Counted from the first letter of the stretch, positions 1-7,944 are shown. The stretch: DNA of 32,000 nt from Halomicronema hongdechloris C2206 (GCF_002075285.3 NZ_CP021983.2:4440001-4472000), one strand, 5' to 3'. Translations and numbers: made by a program. The notes: generated from the sequence alone by a model not told the origin.

Positions 1-1
1 C

Positions 2-1207
2 AACGTAATTGAAGCGCTACGCTTGCTAGCAAGAATTGCTGAGGGAGAACGACTTAGCCTTTTGGGTGGGCCTTATAAGCAAGACGAAACAATTTTTAGG
101 GGAGGAGTAGAGAATCTTGGCTATCGGGGTTCAAAATCTTTCGGGCTTTCTTGTGTAACAACAGAGCCAGAGTGGAAAGATCTCTCAATCGATTTAAGTC
201 TTGGAGGAGATGGAGATCTTCATGTTACCAAGGAAAAAATTACAAGTCATACTTCAACAGTTCCTTTGTATGAAATTACAAGCGCACCTCAAGGGGCTGG
301 AAGTGACGTATTTGTTACTTATAACAATTTTGCCAGAGGTGGGAAAAAACCTAGCATAGTATGCAGCAGTCATATGGCAATTTTTACACAACTTTTGAGT
401 GATATCCGCTTCCGTCCAGAGAACACTAAAAGTCGAAAAATAATTCCTAAGGTTGCTGAACGATATGTTCAATGGTTAAGTAGCATCGTATTTCTTGAGC
501 CTGAGCCAAGCTCAATGCGCTCTTATGGTCATAAAGTTGATAAGGTACTCAAAGAGCATGGTGAAAACCTTTCAGGGGTAATCTATAACTTATGTCTTAA
601 CCCAAATGTCAAAAGTTCGGTTCTGGATTTCGTTCAAAGTTTGCCTGAACAGGATATTGAAAATATCGATTTCATAGAAACACCTCGTGATGAGGTTATG
701 CTACAGCTAACTGAAACCTTTGGCGGTGCATCGACTACCTATGATGCTTCCATACTTTCAGATGGAACTTTACGCGTGCTCTCTATTGCTGCAGCAATGC
801 TTTCTGCACCTGAGCAAAGTTTAGTTGTTATTGAAGAAATCGATAACGGCGTACATCCTAGCAGAGCAGCAGATTTGTTAGAGCGGATTTCTAGTATTGC
901 AAAGAACCGTGATTTACGGGTTCTAATTAGCAGCCATAATCCCGCACTTCTTGATGCCCTGCCTGATGAAGCCATTCCTGAAACTGTATTTTGCTATCGA
1001 AGTCCTCAAGATGGATCAAGTCAGTTAGTTAGATTGCAGGACATTCCCGACTATCCCGAACTCATTGCTCAGGGGTCTGTTGGGCACCTCATGACTCGCG
1101 GACTATTAGAACGGTTTGTTAAGCAACATCCCGGAACAGAGCAGAAAAAGAAGAAAGCAATGGAGTGGCTAGCTTCTCTCGCTGTGGTAGGGGAACCGAG
1201 AGAATGA
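2..1207 (+). CDS. ABC/SMC-like ATPase of the AAA_15/AAA_21 type, 5'-truncated by the window edge (C-terminal ~400 aa)
   Basis: The frame is open from base 2 (NVIEALR... precedes the TTG at 23), so the Walker A part lies upstream of the window. ABC signature-like LSDGTLR at nt 755-775. Walker B LVVIEEID at nt 821-844. H-loop-like SSHNP follows. This spacing is typical of RecF/SMC-like AAA_21 ATPases. The region is AT-rich compared with the rest of the window. Confidence 0.75.
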   Translation, partial: NVIEALRLLARIAEGERLSLLGGPYKQDETIFRGGVENLGYRGSKSFGLSCVTTEPEWKDLSIDLSLGGDGDLHVTKEKITSHTSTVPLYEITSAPQGAGSDVFVTYNNFARGGKKPSIVCSSHMAIFTQLLSDIRFRPENTKSRKIIPKVAERYVQWLSSIVFLEPEPSSMRSYGHKVDKVLKEHGENLSGVIYNLCLNPNVKSSVLDFVQSLPEQDIENIDFIETPRDEVMLQLTETFGGASTTYDASILSDGTLRVLSIAAAMLSAPEQSLVVIEEIDNGVHPSRAADLLERISSIAKNRDLRVLISSHNPALLDALPDEAIPETVFCYRSPQDGSSQLVRLQDIPDYPELIAQGSVGHLMTRGLLERFVKQHPGTEQKKKKAMEWLASLAVVGEPRE

Positions 1208-1659
1208 AAGCAGTTGCAATTGTTGATACATCTATATTCTGCAATGTTCTCGATATTCCTCATATGAATAGTGAACGGACTCAGGTAATGCAAAAGTTGA
1301 AAGATTTACTTGAGGAAAGTACTAATCTTCTTCTACCTATGGCTGCCGTCTATGAAACAGGGAATCATATTGCTCAACTCAGTGATGGTGGAAACCGGCG
1401 TCAATTTGCTGAAGTTTTCATTGAGCAAGTCAAGAAAGCGATAAAAGGGGAAGCACCTTGGCAAGTTATGCAGCTGCCAGATATGGAGGAGGTTGGAGAA
1501 TGGCTAAGTAACTTTCCTGATTCAGCAATGCGTGGCGCAGGTATGGGAGACTTATCAATAATCAAAGAGTGGGAGAAGACGATTAGGATAACGCCCAATC
1601 ACCGTATTTTTATATGGTCTTTAGATGGCGATCTTCAGGGATATGATCATATTCCTTGA
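1204..1659 (+). CDS. Small PIN-like (predicted nuclease) protein, partner of the upstream ATPase
   Basis: The ATG at 1204 overlaps the upstream TGA (1205-1207) as ATGA, which suggests translational coupling. The 151-aa product has acidic residues in PIN order and spacing: AIVDTS near the N-terminus, YETGNH, GDLSIIKE, SLDGDL near the C-terminus. The PIN assignment is inferred from motif spacing only. Confidence 0.55.
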   Translation: MKAVAIVDTSIFCNVLDIPHMNSERTQVMQKLKDLLEESTNLLLPMAAVYETGNHIAQLSDGGNRRQFAEVFIEQVKKAIKGEAPWQVMQLPDMEEVGEWLSNFPDSAMRGAGMGDLSIIKEWEKTIRITPNHRIFIWSLDGDLQGYDHIP

Positions 1660-1905
1660 TCCTAATAATTAAGCTTTAGCTAGCAGTGTTGACTTTTATG
1701 CAAAAATCTGTTCCCTTTCGAGAAAATCTTATTGATTCTAGGCTTTCGCAAAAAGCTGACAATTCAAATGCAGCGGACAGTTTTGAGCCGTTGCTGCTGA
1801 GTTTAAGGTTGTCTGCTGCCGATGATTTGAGCCGTTCCCTCTCCAGGCAAGCCTTTGACTTGAGAAAGTCGCATCAATGCGTCGCAACCTCCTCGGAACC
1901 TAACG

Positions 1906-2049
1906 CTATGATTTGCTGCCGTAGTAGAAGGCGATTTCTCTGTCTTTGAGGGGCGCAAAGCCAGCTTCCTGCAGCATGTGCTCCAGATCAGCCAGGGAAA
2001 AGTGCTTGGCACCGATGCGGAGGATGCGCGATGGCCCTTCAGGGCCGGT
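1906..2049 (-). pseudogene. Start-less gene fragment resembling the C-terminus of a class I SAM-methyltransferase-like protein
   Basis: The minus-strand frame reads TGPEGPSRILRIGAKHFSLADLEHMLQEAGFAPLKDREIAFYYGSKS*. It has no usable start and is bounded upstream by an in-frame TAG at 2050-2052. It lies at the junction between the AT-rich block and the GC-rich core. Confidence 0.25.
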
Positions 2050-2311
2050 CTAGCCCCTCTGGGGCGGCGTCGCCTTTTATGTCGCCCTGCGAAATGACCA
2101 TCGCATCGTATTGGTGACGCCACTGCGCTACCACTGGGCTTCCTTGGCCATCACCCGCCGATACAGCTCCAGCTTGGCCGCAGGGATGGGGCTGCCATCG
2201 AGGTCAATGCCCTGGGCAAGGGCCTGATCAACGGCATCGGCGCCCGTGGTGGTGGGGTGGGTCATCGGTATCCTCGTGAATCAATCGATAAATCGATCCG
2301 CATCCTATCAG

Positions 2312-2343
2312 AAAAAATCCCCCGGCGCCTTGGCGTCGAGGGA
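2312..2343 (-). terminator. Intrinsic terminator downstream of rplL
   Basis: The minus-strand RNA is UCCCUCGACGCCAAGGCGCCGGGGGA followed by UUUUUU. This forms a ~12-bp GC-rich stem with one mismatch and one wobble, 42 nt after the rplL stop. Confidence 0.6.
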
Positions 2344-2384
2344 ATCCATCATGACCGGCCCTGCAGCCGCAGCCAGGGACCAGG

Positions 2385-2798
2385 CTACTTGACAGACACC
2401 TTGGCACCGGCCTCTTCCAGCTGCTTCTTGGCATCTTCGGCGGCTTCCTTGGCCACGGCTTCCTTGACCGCTTTGGGAGCCGATTCCACCACTTCCTTGG
2501 CTTCCTTCAGACCCAGGCCAGTGAGGGCACGTACTACCTTGAGGATGGCGATCTTCTTGTCCGCGGGAACCTCTTCTAGGACCACGTCGAATTCGGTCTT
2601 CTCTTCGGCCTCCTCAGCGGCGGCTCCGTCACCGCCAGCCCCGGCCATCATGCCGGGGGCCATCATCATCATGCCACCGCCACCAGCGGCAGAGGCATCG
2701 ACGCCAAAGGTGTCTTCGATTTGCTTCACCAGCTCAGACGCCTCCAGAAGACTGAGGGACTTAAGCTGTTCTAAAATTTCGTCGGTCTTAGCAGACAT
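2385..2798 (-). CDS. rplL: 50S ribosomal protein L7/L12
   Basis: The 137-aa product has the characteristic N-terminal dimerisation segment, a Gly/Ala/Met hinge, and the C-terminal domain [24 protein letters not shown]. It sits immediately downstream of rplJ. Confidence 0.97.
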   Translation of the reverse strand: MSAKTDEILEQLKSLSLLEASELVKQIEDTFGVDASAAGGGGMMMMAPGMMAGAGGDGAAAEEAEEKTEFDVVLEEVPADKKIAILKVVRALTGLGLKEAKEVVESAPKAVKEAVAKEAAEDAKKQLEEAGAKVSVK

Positions 2799-2858
2799 GG
2801 GTTAACTCCTGTGAAATGGACACAACAAATCGAGACAGTAGAGATAGAGGGGCTGCTC

Positions 2859-3419
2859 CTACGACTCTTCTTGCTCGGAAACAGCCTTGATGGCGCGAGT
2901 CAGGGAAGCTGGCACTTCCTTGATACCCACAGCCAGTTTGGTGGGAACGGCATTGAGCCCTACGCCCAACTTGGTGGGAACAGCATTGATGGCACCGGCA
3001 ATGCGGGCAATCAGCTCTTCCTTTGACGGCAGGTCGGTGATGGCTTTGATGTCGTTTTCATCAAGGGCTTGTCCCTCCATGACGCCGCCGCGCAAGACGG
3101 TTTTTTTGGTGTCTTTCTGGAAGGCTTGGTACTCCTTGATGGCTCCGCCCAGATCGTCCTTGACCAATACAAAGGCCGAGGCATCCTTCAGGAAGGTCTG
3201 AATCGGCTGCCAGTTATCATCCCCCTCAACGGCAATGCGCATCAGGGTATTCTTGGTCACCTTACAGACAGCCCCTTTGGAGCTGAGACGATTGCGCAGA
3301 TCGGTGATTTCAGCAACGGATAATCCCTTGTAGTCAATCACCAGAGCCAGCTCAAAGCCAGTCAATAGCTCTTTCAGCTCTGCCACAATCTCCTTCTTGT
3401 TCGCTAACGTTCTCCCCAT
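2859..3419 (-). CDS. rplJ: 50S ribosomal protein L10
   Basis: 186 aa, with an L10-like N-terminus ([12 protein letters not shown]... [14 protein letters not shown]). Conserved position between rplA and rplL. SD AAGGAGG lies upstream. Confidence 0.95.
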   Translation of the reverse strand: MGRTLANKKEIVAELKELLTGFELALVIDYKGLSVAEITDLRNRLSSKGAVCKVTKNTLMRIAVEGDDNWQPIQTFLKDASAFVLVKDDLGGAIKEYQAFQKDTKKTVLRGGVMEGQALDENDIKAITDLPSKEELIARIAGAINAVPTKLGVGLNAVPTKLAVGIKEVPASLTRAIKAVSEQEES

Positions 3420-3690
3420 TCGGTCTCACCTCCTTTTAATCGGGGATTACAAATCTGTGGGGGACCCAGCCATTAAAAAACCTCCGGGAAATACCGGAGG
3501 ACAGGCCCTGAAAGTAAGCGGCGGCCGCACGCTATCAATGTGCGATCGCAATGGCTAGGGCATCTACCTCGGCAGGGTTTATGCGCAGGCAACCTGCTGT
3601 CTCCGGCTTACCAAGCTATGGAGTTGTGGCGTGGGTCAATAACTTACCTCTCCATGAGAAATGTTTGCAGTAGGGATATCTTGGCTTGCC
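3420..3690 (-). promoter_or_regulatory. Putative rplJ (L10) leader containing an intrinsic terminator/attenuator hairpin at 3475-3500
   Basis: There is ~270 nt of untranslated spacer upstream of rplJ. The minus-strand RNA CCUCCGG-UAUUUC-CCGGAGG followed by UUUUUU ends only ~55 nt before the rplJ ATG. That leaves little room for a separate promoter, which fits an attenuator-type L10 leader. Confidence 0.45.
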
Positions 3691-3750
3691 TTAGGCAATA
3701 TCAGCCATCTTAATATCCCGTAGGGCGCTATCACTGATGACCCATGTGGG

Positions 3751-4386
3751 TTACCATCGCCAGTAGCGCCCCTTAGCTCCCGAAGGCCGGTTGCGATCGA
3801 TACATTCCTGTAAGGCCTTTAAGTTCATCAGCAGATCTGCCACCGAAAAAGATGCCTTACCGAACATCACATGAACGATTCCAGTCCGATCCGCTCGAAA
3901 TTCGAGCTTACCTGCCTTAAACTCATCAATCGCCTGGGACAAATTAAAGGTCACCGTACCACCCTTGGGAGACGGCATCAAGCCCCGTGGCCCCAACAGA
4001 CGCCCCAGCTTAGCCACCTTGGGCATCATGTCTGGAGTGGCAATCAAGACATCGAAGTCCATCATGCCTTTAGAGATCTCCTCAATTAGATCCTCTGAAC
4101 CAGCCATGTCAGCCCCGGCACTACTGGCTTCCGTTACATTTTCACCTCGAGCAATTACAGCCACCCGCACAGTTTGCCCGGTGCCCTTTGGCAAAATGAC
4201 CGTCGTTCTCAGTTGCTGATCCGTGTACTTAGGATCGATGCCCAAACGAATATGGGCCTCTGCTGATTCCGGAAACTTAGCCGTGGCTGTGTCCTTCAGT
4301 AAGGTGAGGGCTTCCGTGGGCTCGTACAGCTGATCCTCAACCCTTTTGTGAAGGTCCTGAAGTCGTCGAGAAATTGTCTTAGGCAT
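3751..4386 (-). CDS. rplA: 50S ribosomal protein L1, apparently C-terminally truncated
   Basis: 211 aa with strong L1 motifs: [50 protein letters not shown]. The ORF stops at TAA (3751-3753) right after GRYWRW, where typical L1 proteins continue for ~25 more residues. See the corresponding finding. Confidence 0.9.
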   Translation of the reverse strand: MPKTISRRLQDLHKRVEDQLYEPTEALTLLKDTATAKFPESAEAHIRLGIDPKYTDQQLRTTVILPKGTGQTVRVAVIARGENVTEASSAGADMAGSEDLIEEISKGMMDFDVLIATPDMMPKVAKLGRLLGPRGLMPSPKGGTVTFNLSQAIDEFKAGKLEFRADRTGIVHVMFGKASFSVADLLMNLKALQECIDRNRPSGAKGRYWRW

Positions 4387-4457
4387 AATCCATTACTACT
4401 CCTGGGGTGATAACGAAGTCGCAACCTCTCCCCCTCTATGGGACATACCGCCCTAGA

Positions 4458-4539
4458 GACGGCAAACTTTTCTACAATACCCTACTCCACCTGACCATGA
4501 CGGCAAACTTTTCTACAATACCCTACTCCACCTGATCAT
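4458..4539. repeat. 41-bp direct tandem duplication (2 copies, 1 mismatch) in the rplK-rplA spacer
   Basis: Copy 1 (4458-4498) is gacggcaaacttttctacaataccctactccacctgaccat. Copy 2 (4499-4539) is identical except for c>t at the fifth base from the end. Confidence 0.95.
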
Positions 4540-4569
4540 GGCAGAGAATCCTAGGCTGAGGCAAAGAAC

Positions 4570-4995
4570 CTAGCCAGATACCGTGACGCCCATATTCCGG
4601 GCTGTCCCTTCCACGATGCGCATAGCCGCTTCAATATCGTTGGCATTGAGGTCGGGCATTTTGGTCTCGGCGATCTCTCGCAGTTGGTCACGGCTAATGG
4701 ATCCCACCTTTTGAGTGCGAGGTTCCCCGGATCCCTTCTCAATCCCGGCCGCCTTTTTAATCAAGACCGACGCTGGGGGAGTCTTGAGGATGAAGGTGAA
4801 GCTGCGGTCTTCAAACACCGAAATCTCGACTGGCACTACCAGCCCCACCTTATCCGCCGTTCTGGCATTGTATTCCTTGCAGAACGCCATGATATTGACG
4901 CCATGCTGACCTAGAGCTGGGCCAATGGGGGGAGCCGGATTTGCCTTCCCTGCTGGAATCGCTAATTTAATAATCGCAACTACTTTCTTCGCCAT
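4570..4995 (-). CDS. rplK: 50S ribosomal protein L11
   Basis: 141 aa: [43 protein letters not shown]... is canonical L11. Conserved position after nusG. Confidence 0.97.
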   Translation of the reverse strand: MAKKVVAIIKLAIPAGKANPAPPIGPALGQHGVNIMAFCKEYNARTADKVGLVVPVEISVFEDRSFTFILKTPPASVLIKKAAGIEKGSGEPRTQKVGSISRDQLREIAETKMPDLNANDIEAAMRIVEGTARNMGVTVSG

Positions 4996-4998
4996 CGA

Positions 4999-5673
4999 CT
5001 AACTCTCTTTTTGAACCTGGTTGAATTCCAACTCCACTGGGGTATCACGCCCAAAGATTGACAGCAACGCCTTCAATTTGTGACGTTCAGGACTGACTTC
5101 AATCACCTCACCCTCAAAATCTTTGAATGGACCCGACAGCACCAAAATCTTGTCGCCAGTGGCCATATCAATTTTGACAACAGGCTTCTGTTCCTCAGTC
5201 CGCTTGAAGATGCGCTTAACTTCAGCTCGACTCAGGGGCATGGGTTTCACATGACCCCGACCGCGACCATAGCGACGCCGCTGCTCCGCCCCCACAAAGT
5301 TAATCACATGGGGGGTATTTTTGACGACAGACCAAGCCTCATCATCCATCAGCATGCGCACCAGCACATAGCCTGGAAAGACCTTCTCCTCAATGTTCTG
5401 GCGACTACCATCCTTACGAAGCTTAACTGCCGGAGTTTGGGGGATCTCGATCTGAAAGACTCGATCAGCTACATCGAAGGTCTTGATGCGCTGCTCCAGA
5501 TTCAGCTTCACTCGATTTTCACACCCAGAAGCCACCTGCACGGCATACCAGCGTCCCTGCTTTTCAGAAATCGCTTGGGCCTCACCCTCATCAACTACAT
5601 CAGCCGATGAGATATCTGCAGATTCCACGTCGTCATTGAAGCCGTCGTTGAAATCGTCTGCTGTCAACGCCAT
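4999..5673 (-). CDS. nusG: Transcription termination/antitermination factor NusG
   Basis: 224 aa. NGN domain (RWYAVQVASGCENRVK...) and KOW motif (GDKILVLSGPFKDFEGEVIEV). Acidic N-terminal extension. Sits between secE and rplK. Confidence 0.95.
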   Translation of the reverse strand: MALTADDFNDGFNDDVESADISSADVVDEGEAQAISEKQGRWYAVQVASGCENRVKLNLEQRIKTFDVADRVFQIEIPQTPAVKLRKDGSRQNIEEKVFPGYVLVRMLMDDEAWSVVKNTPHVINFVGAEQRRRYGRGRGHVKPMPLSRAEVKRIFKRTEEQKPVVKIDMATGDKILVLSGPFKDFEGEVIEVSPERHKLKALLSIFGRDTPVELEFNQVQKES

Positions 5674-5675
5674 CT

Positions 5676-5960
5676 CTAAAACACCTGTCTAGACGCCCAT
5701 CCGAAAACCTGATCGATTAAATAAATCAAGGAAGCGGAAAGGCTCACCATCAGAATTACGGCGGCAGATTCGCTGATTAACTGCTGCCGACTGGGCCAAA
5801 CAACTTTGCCTAGCTCTTCCTTGGTACCCTCCAAGAACTTAGCTAGATTAAAGCCCTCCTCTGCCGTCGATTGAGCCTTGGATTGAGCCTTGGATTGAGC
5901 CTTGGATTGAGCCTTAGCATTATCGCGCTTCGGGTCAGATTTCGTATCTTTTTTAGCCAC
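5676..5960 (-). CDS. secE: Preprotein translocase subunit SecE
   Basis: 94 aa. The C-terminal half (KFLEGTKEELGKVVWPSRQQLISESAAVILMVSLSASLIYLIDQVF) is the SecE TM/hinge motif. Conserved position upstream of nusG. The N-terminus carries a (KAQS)4 repeat. Confidence 0.85.
   Translation of the reverse strand: MAKKDTKSDPKRDNAKAQSKAQSKAQSKAQSTAEEGFNLAKFLEGTKEELGKVVWPSRQQLISESAAVILMVSLSASLIYLIDQVFGWASRQVF
5869..5916. repeat. 12-bp tandem repeat x4 inside secE (encodes AQSK x4)
   Basis: gattgagccttg x3 plus gattgagcctta, read directly from the sequence. Confidence 0.95.
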
Positions 5961-6200
5961 TGCCTATAGACTCCTGCGTATTCAACCTCGGCAACTCAAG
6001 CACACCAAATACTTTTACTAGCTGAATCAGCCTACGACAATGCATTTAGCGTCTGGCCTCAAGCTGCAAACTCCTTCTATGATAAGCAGTCTCATTGCCT
6101 GTCTGAAAGGCCCTCACCACCGAACGACAATTCTACCCGAAGTCCTGACACGTCAAGCTGAGTCCCTAAGAACTTCGGGTAGATTGTAATGGTGACTCAG

Positions 6201-6273
6201 CGCGCCCTGGAGGACTCGAACCCCCGACATCGGGTTTTGGAGACCCGCGTTCTACCAACTGAACTAAGGACGC
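6201..6273 (-). tRNA. trnW: tRNA-Trp (anticodon CCA)
   Basis: The reverse complement folds by hand as a 73-nt cloverleaf. Acceptor GCGTCCT/AGGGCGC, D arm GTTC-AGTTGGTA-GAAC, anticodon arm CGGGT-CTCCAAA-ACCCG, T arm GGGGG-TTCGAGT-CCTCC, discriminator G. No CCA is encoded. Typical location upstream of secE. Confidence 0.9.
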
Positions 6274-6348
6274 ATACGGCCAGAGTCAATTTGAATAGAT
6301 TTAACCTGAATCAATCAAGCTAAATCCTAGCTCATCCTTAGTCTACCG

Positions 6349-6711
6349 TTAGATAGGCCGGTCGAACCGTTGCTTCAGACGTGTTGCCTTACCAACCCGA
6401 TTACGCAGGTAGTACAGCTTGGCTCGACGAGCTTTACCACGACGAATGACTTTGATGTTAGCAATGCGAGGGGCGTGCAGCAGGAAGACCCGCTCTACAC
6501 CAATACCCTGAAAGATACGGCGGACAGTAATGCTGGCATTGATGCCACCATTGCGCTTGGCAATCACCGTGCCTTCATAGGGCTGAACCCGCTCTTTTCC
6601 CCCTTCCTGAATAATTACACCGACGCGGACAGTGTCGCCGACGTAAATTTCGGGGATATCGTCCTTATAGTAGTCCGCTTCGATAGAGCGGATGATCTCC
6701 TCAGCGTTCAT
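6349..6711 (-). CDS. rplS: 50S ribosomal protein L19
   Basis: 120 aa with the canonical L19 core: [52 protein letters not shown]. Confidence 0.95.
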   Translation of the reverse strand: MNAEEIIRSIEADYYKDDIPEIYVGDTVRVGVIIQEGGKERVQPYEGTVIAKRNGGINASITVRRIFQGIGVERVFLLHAPRIANIKVIRRGKARRAKLYYLRNRVGKATRLKQRFDRPI

Positions 6712-6909
6712 AGGGCCTGCAAAAACGCACAGTCTATTACACTACACTAGTAGAGCATCAAATATCAACACTCTGCTGGCTACGACAGCAATTCTCATTT
6801 TGGCGAAAAGCTGCTCAAGCTCTAGAACTGGACAGTGGAAAGTTTTCAGTCCGCTGGCAAGACACCAAGAAAAACGGACGTGGGTTAAGTCGAATCACCC
6901 ATCATGTCC

Positions 6910-6940
6910 AAAACTGGCTGATATAGAACGTTTCAGCCAG
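6910..6940 (-). terminator. Candidate intrinsic terminator downstream of gloB
   Basis: The minus-strand RNA is CUGGCUGA-(11-nt loop)-UCAGCCAG followed by UUUU. This is a perfect 8-bp stem. Confidence 0.45.
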
Positions 6941-7170
6941 CAATATTATGGAGCTATGCCAACGTCTTGAGCAAATCTTAGGGGAGACTGCGTCTAGTCT
7001 TTAGTCGGGAGTCCTCGTTTCGGTGGTTTGTCCTCTTGGTGTGGAGCATCCTCTCTTAATGCTCAACCTGCTACCGTCACCAGCTATGTGAATGCCCTGG
7101 GTTTGAATGAAGATGAAGGCGATGAAACCTGCTCCGACTTGGCCCACCAATCTTCCGCCTCCTACGGGGC

Positions 7171-7944
7171 TTAAAACTGATCCTTCCGGCTCCGCAGGCG
7201 AGCAAAGGCTTGCACGGGTTCGTGACTCTGGACAGCCTTTTGTAGAGCCAGATGATCCCAGCGTAGGAAGGGATTTGTGGCCTTTTCTAGGCCTAGGTCC
7301 GAGGGGATTGTAGCCTGCTGCCGTTGGCGAGCGGCCTTGACCATGGCGAATCGCTGTTGCAGATCAGGGTTTTGGCCATCTACGGTGAGGGCAAATTTCA
7401 GATTTTTCAGGGTATATTCGTGGGCGCACCAAATGCGGGTTTGGTCAGGTAAGGTCCGAATCTTGCTGAGGGATTGCACCATCTGCTCAGGCGTGCCCTC
7501 AAACAAGCGACCACAGCCACCGGCAAAGAGGGTATCGCCGCAGAAGAGATCGCCCCAGTCGCTACCGGGGGCGGGGGAAAAATAGTAGGCGATGTGGGCC
7601 CGAGTATGTCCCGGTACGAATAGGACGGTGCCGGTACGACCGGCGAAGGTAACGGTGTCGCCCTCCTGCAGAAAGATCTGTTGGCCAGGAATGCGATCGC
7701 AATCTTCGGCGCCGCCATAGACCACCGCCTCAGGATAGTGGGCTAACAGCTGCCGGTTGCCACCCACATGGTCGGCGTGGTGATGGGTATTGAAGATGGT
7801 CCCCAGGGGAGCTCCGAGTTCCTCTAGTTTCTGCAAGACCGGGGTAGCCTCGGCTGGATCCACCACGGCAGCAGTGTTGTAATTCCTATCGTGGAGGACA
7901 AAGATGTAGTTGTCTGAGAGGGCATTCAGGCGATAGATATCCAT
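7171..7944 (-). CDS. gloB: Hydroxyacylglutathione hydrolase (glyoxalase II), metallo-beta-lactamase fold
   Basis: 257 aa. [11 protein letters not shown] metal-binding motif, a [17 protein letters not shown] segment, and the C-terminal NPFLR motif typical of GloB. Confidence 0.9.
   Translation of the reverse strand: MDIYRLNALSDNYIFVLHDRNYNTAAVVDPAEATPVLQKLEELGAPLGTIFNTHHHADHVGGNRQLLAHYPEAVVYGGAEDCDRIPGQQIFLQEGDTVTFAGRTGTVLFVPGHTRAHIAYYFSPAPGSDWGDLFCGDTLFAGGCGRLFEGTPEQMVQSLSKIRTLPDQTRIWCAHEYTLKNLKFALTVDGQNPDLQQRFAMVKAARQRQQATIPSDLGLEKATNPFLRWDHLALQKAVQSHEPVQAFARLRSRKDQF

Noticed and set aside
1686-2123. ORFs 1686-1949 (+) and 1803-2123 (-) in the junction region
   Set aside because: They overlap each other. 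Their products are Arg/Ser/Pro-rich with no recognisable motifs. The region looks like degraded sequence and I report it only as gene debris.
2257-2805. 182-aa plus-strand ORF covering the rplL locus
   Set aside because: It is antisense to a clearly recognisable L7/L12 gene. Its product is low-complexity and Ser/Ala/Pro-rich, the usual mirror-frame artefact of a GC-rich gene.
2887-3323. Plus-strand ORFs 2887-3201 and 3069-3323
   Set aside because: They are antisense to rplJ and have no motifs. The true gene on the opposite strand explains the open frames.
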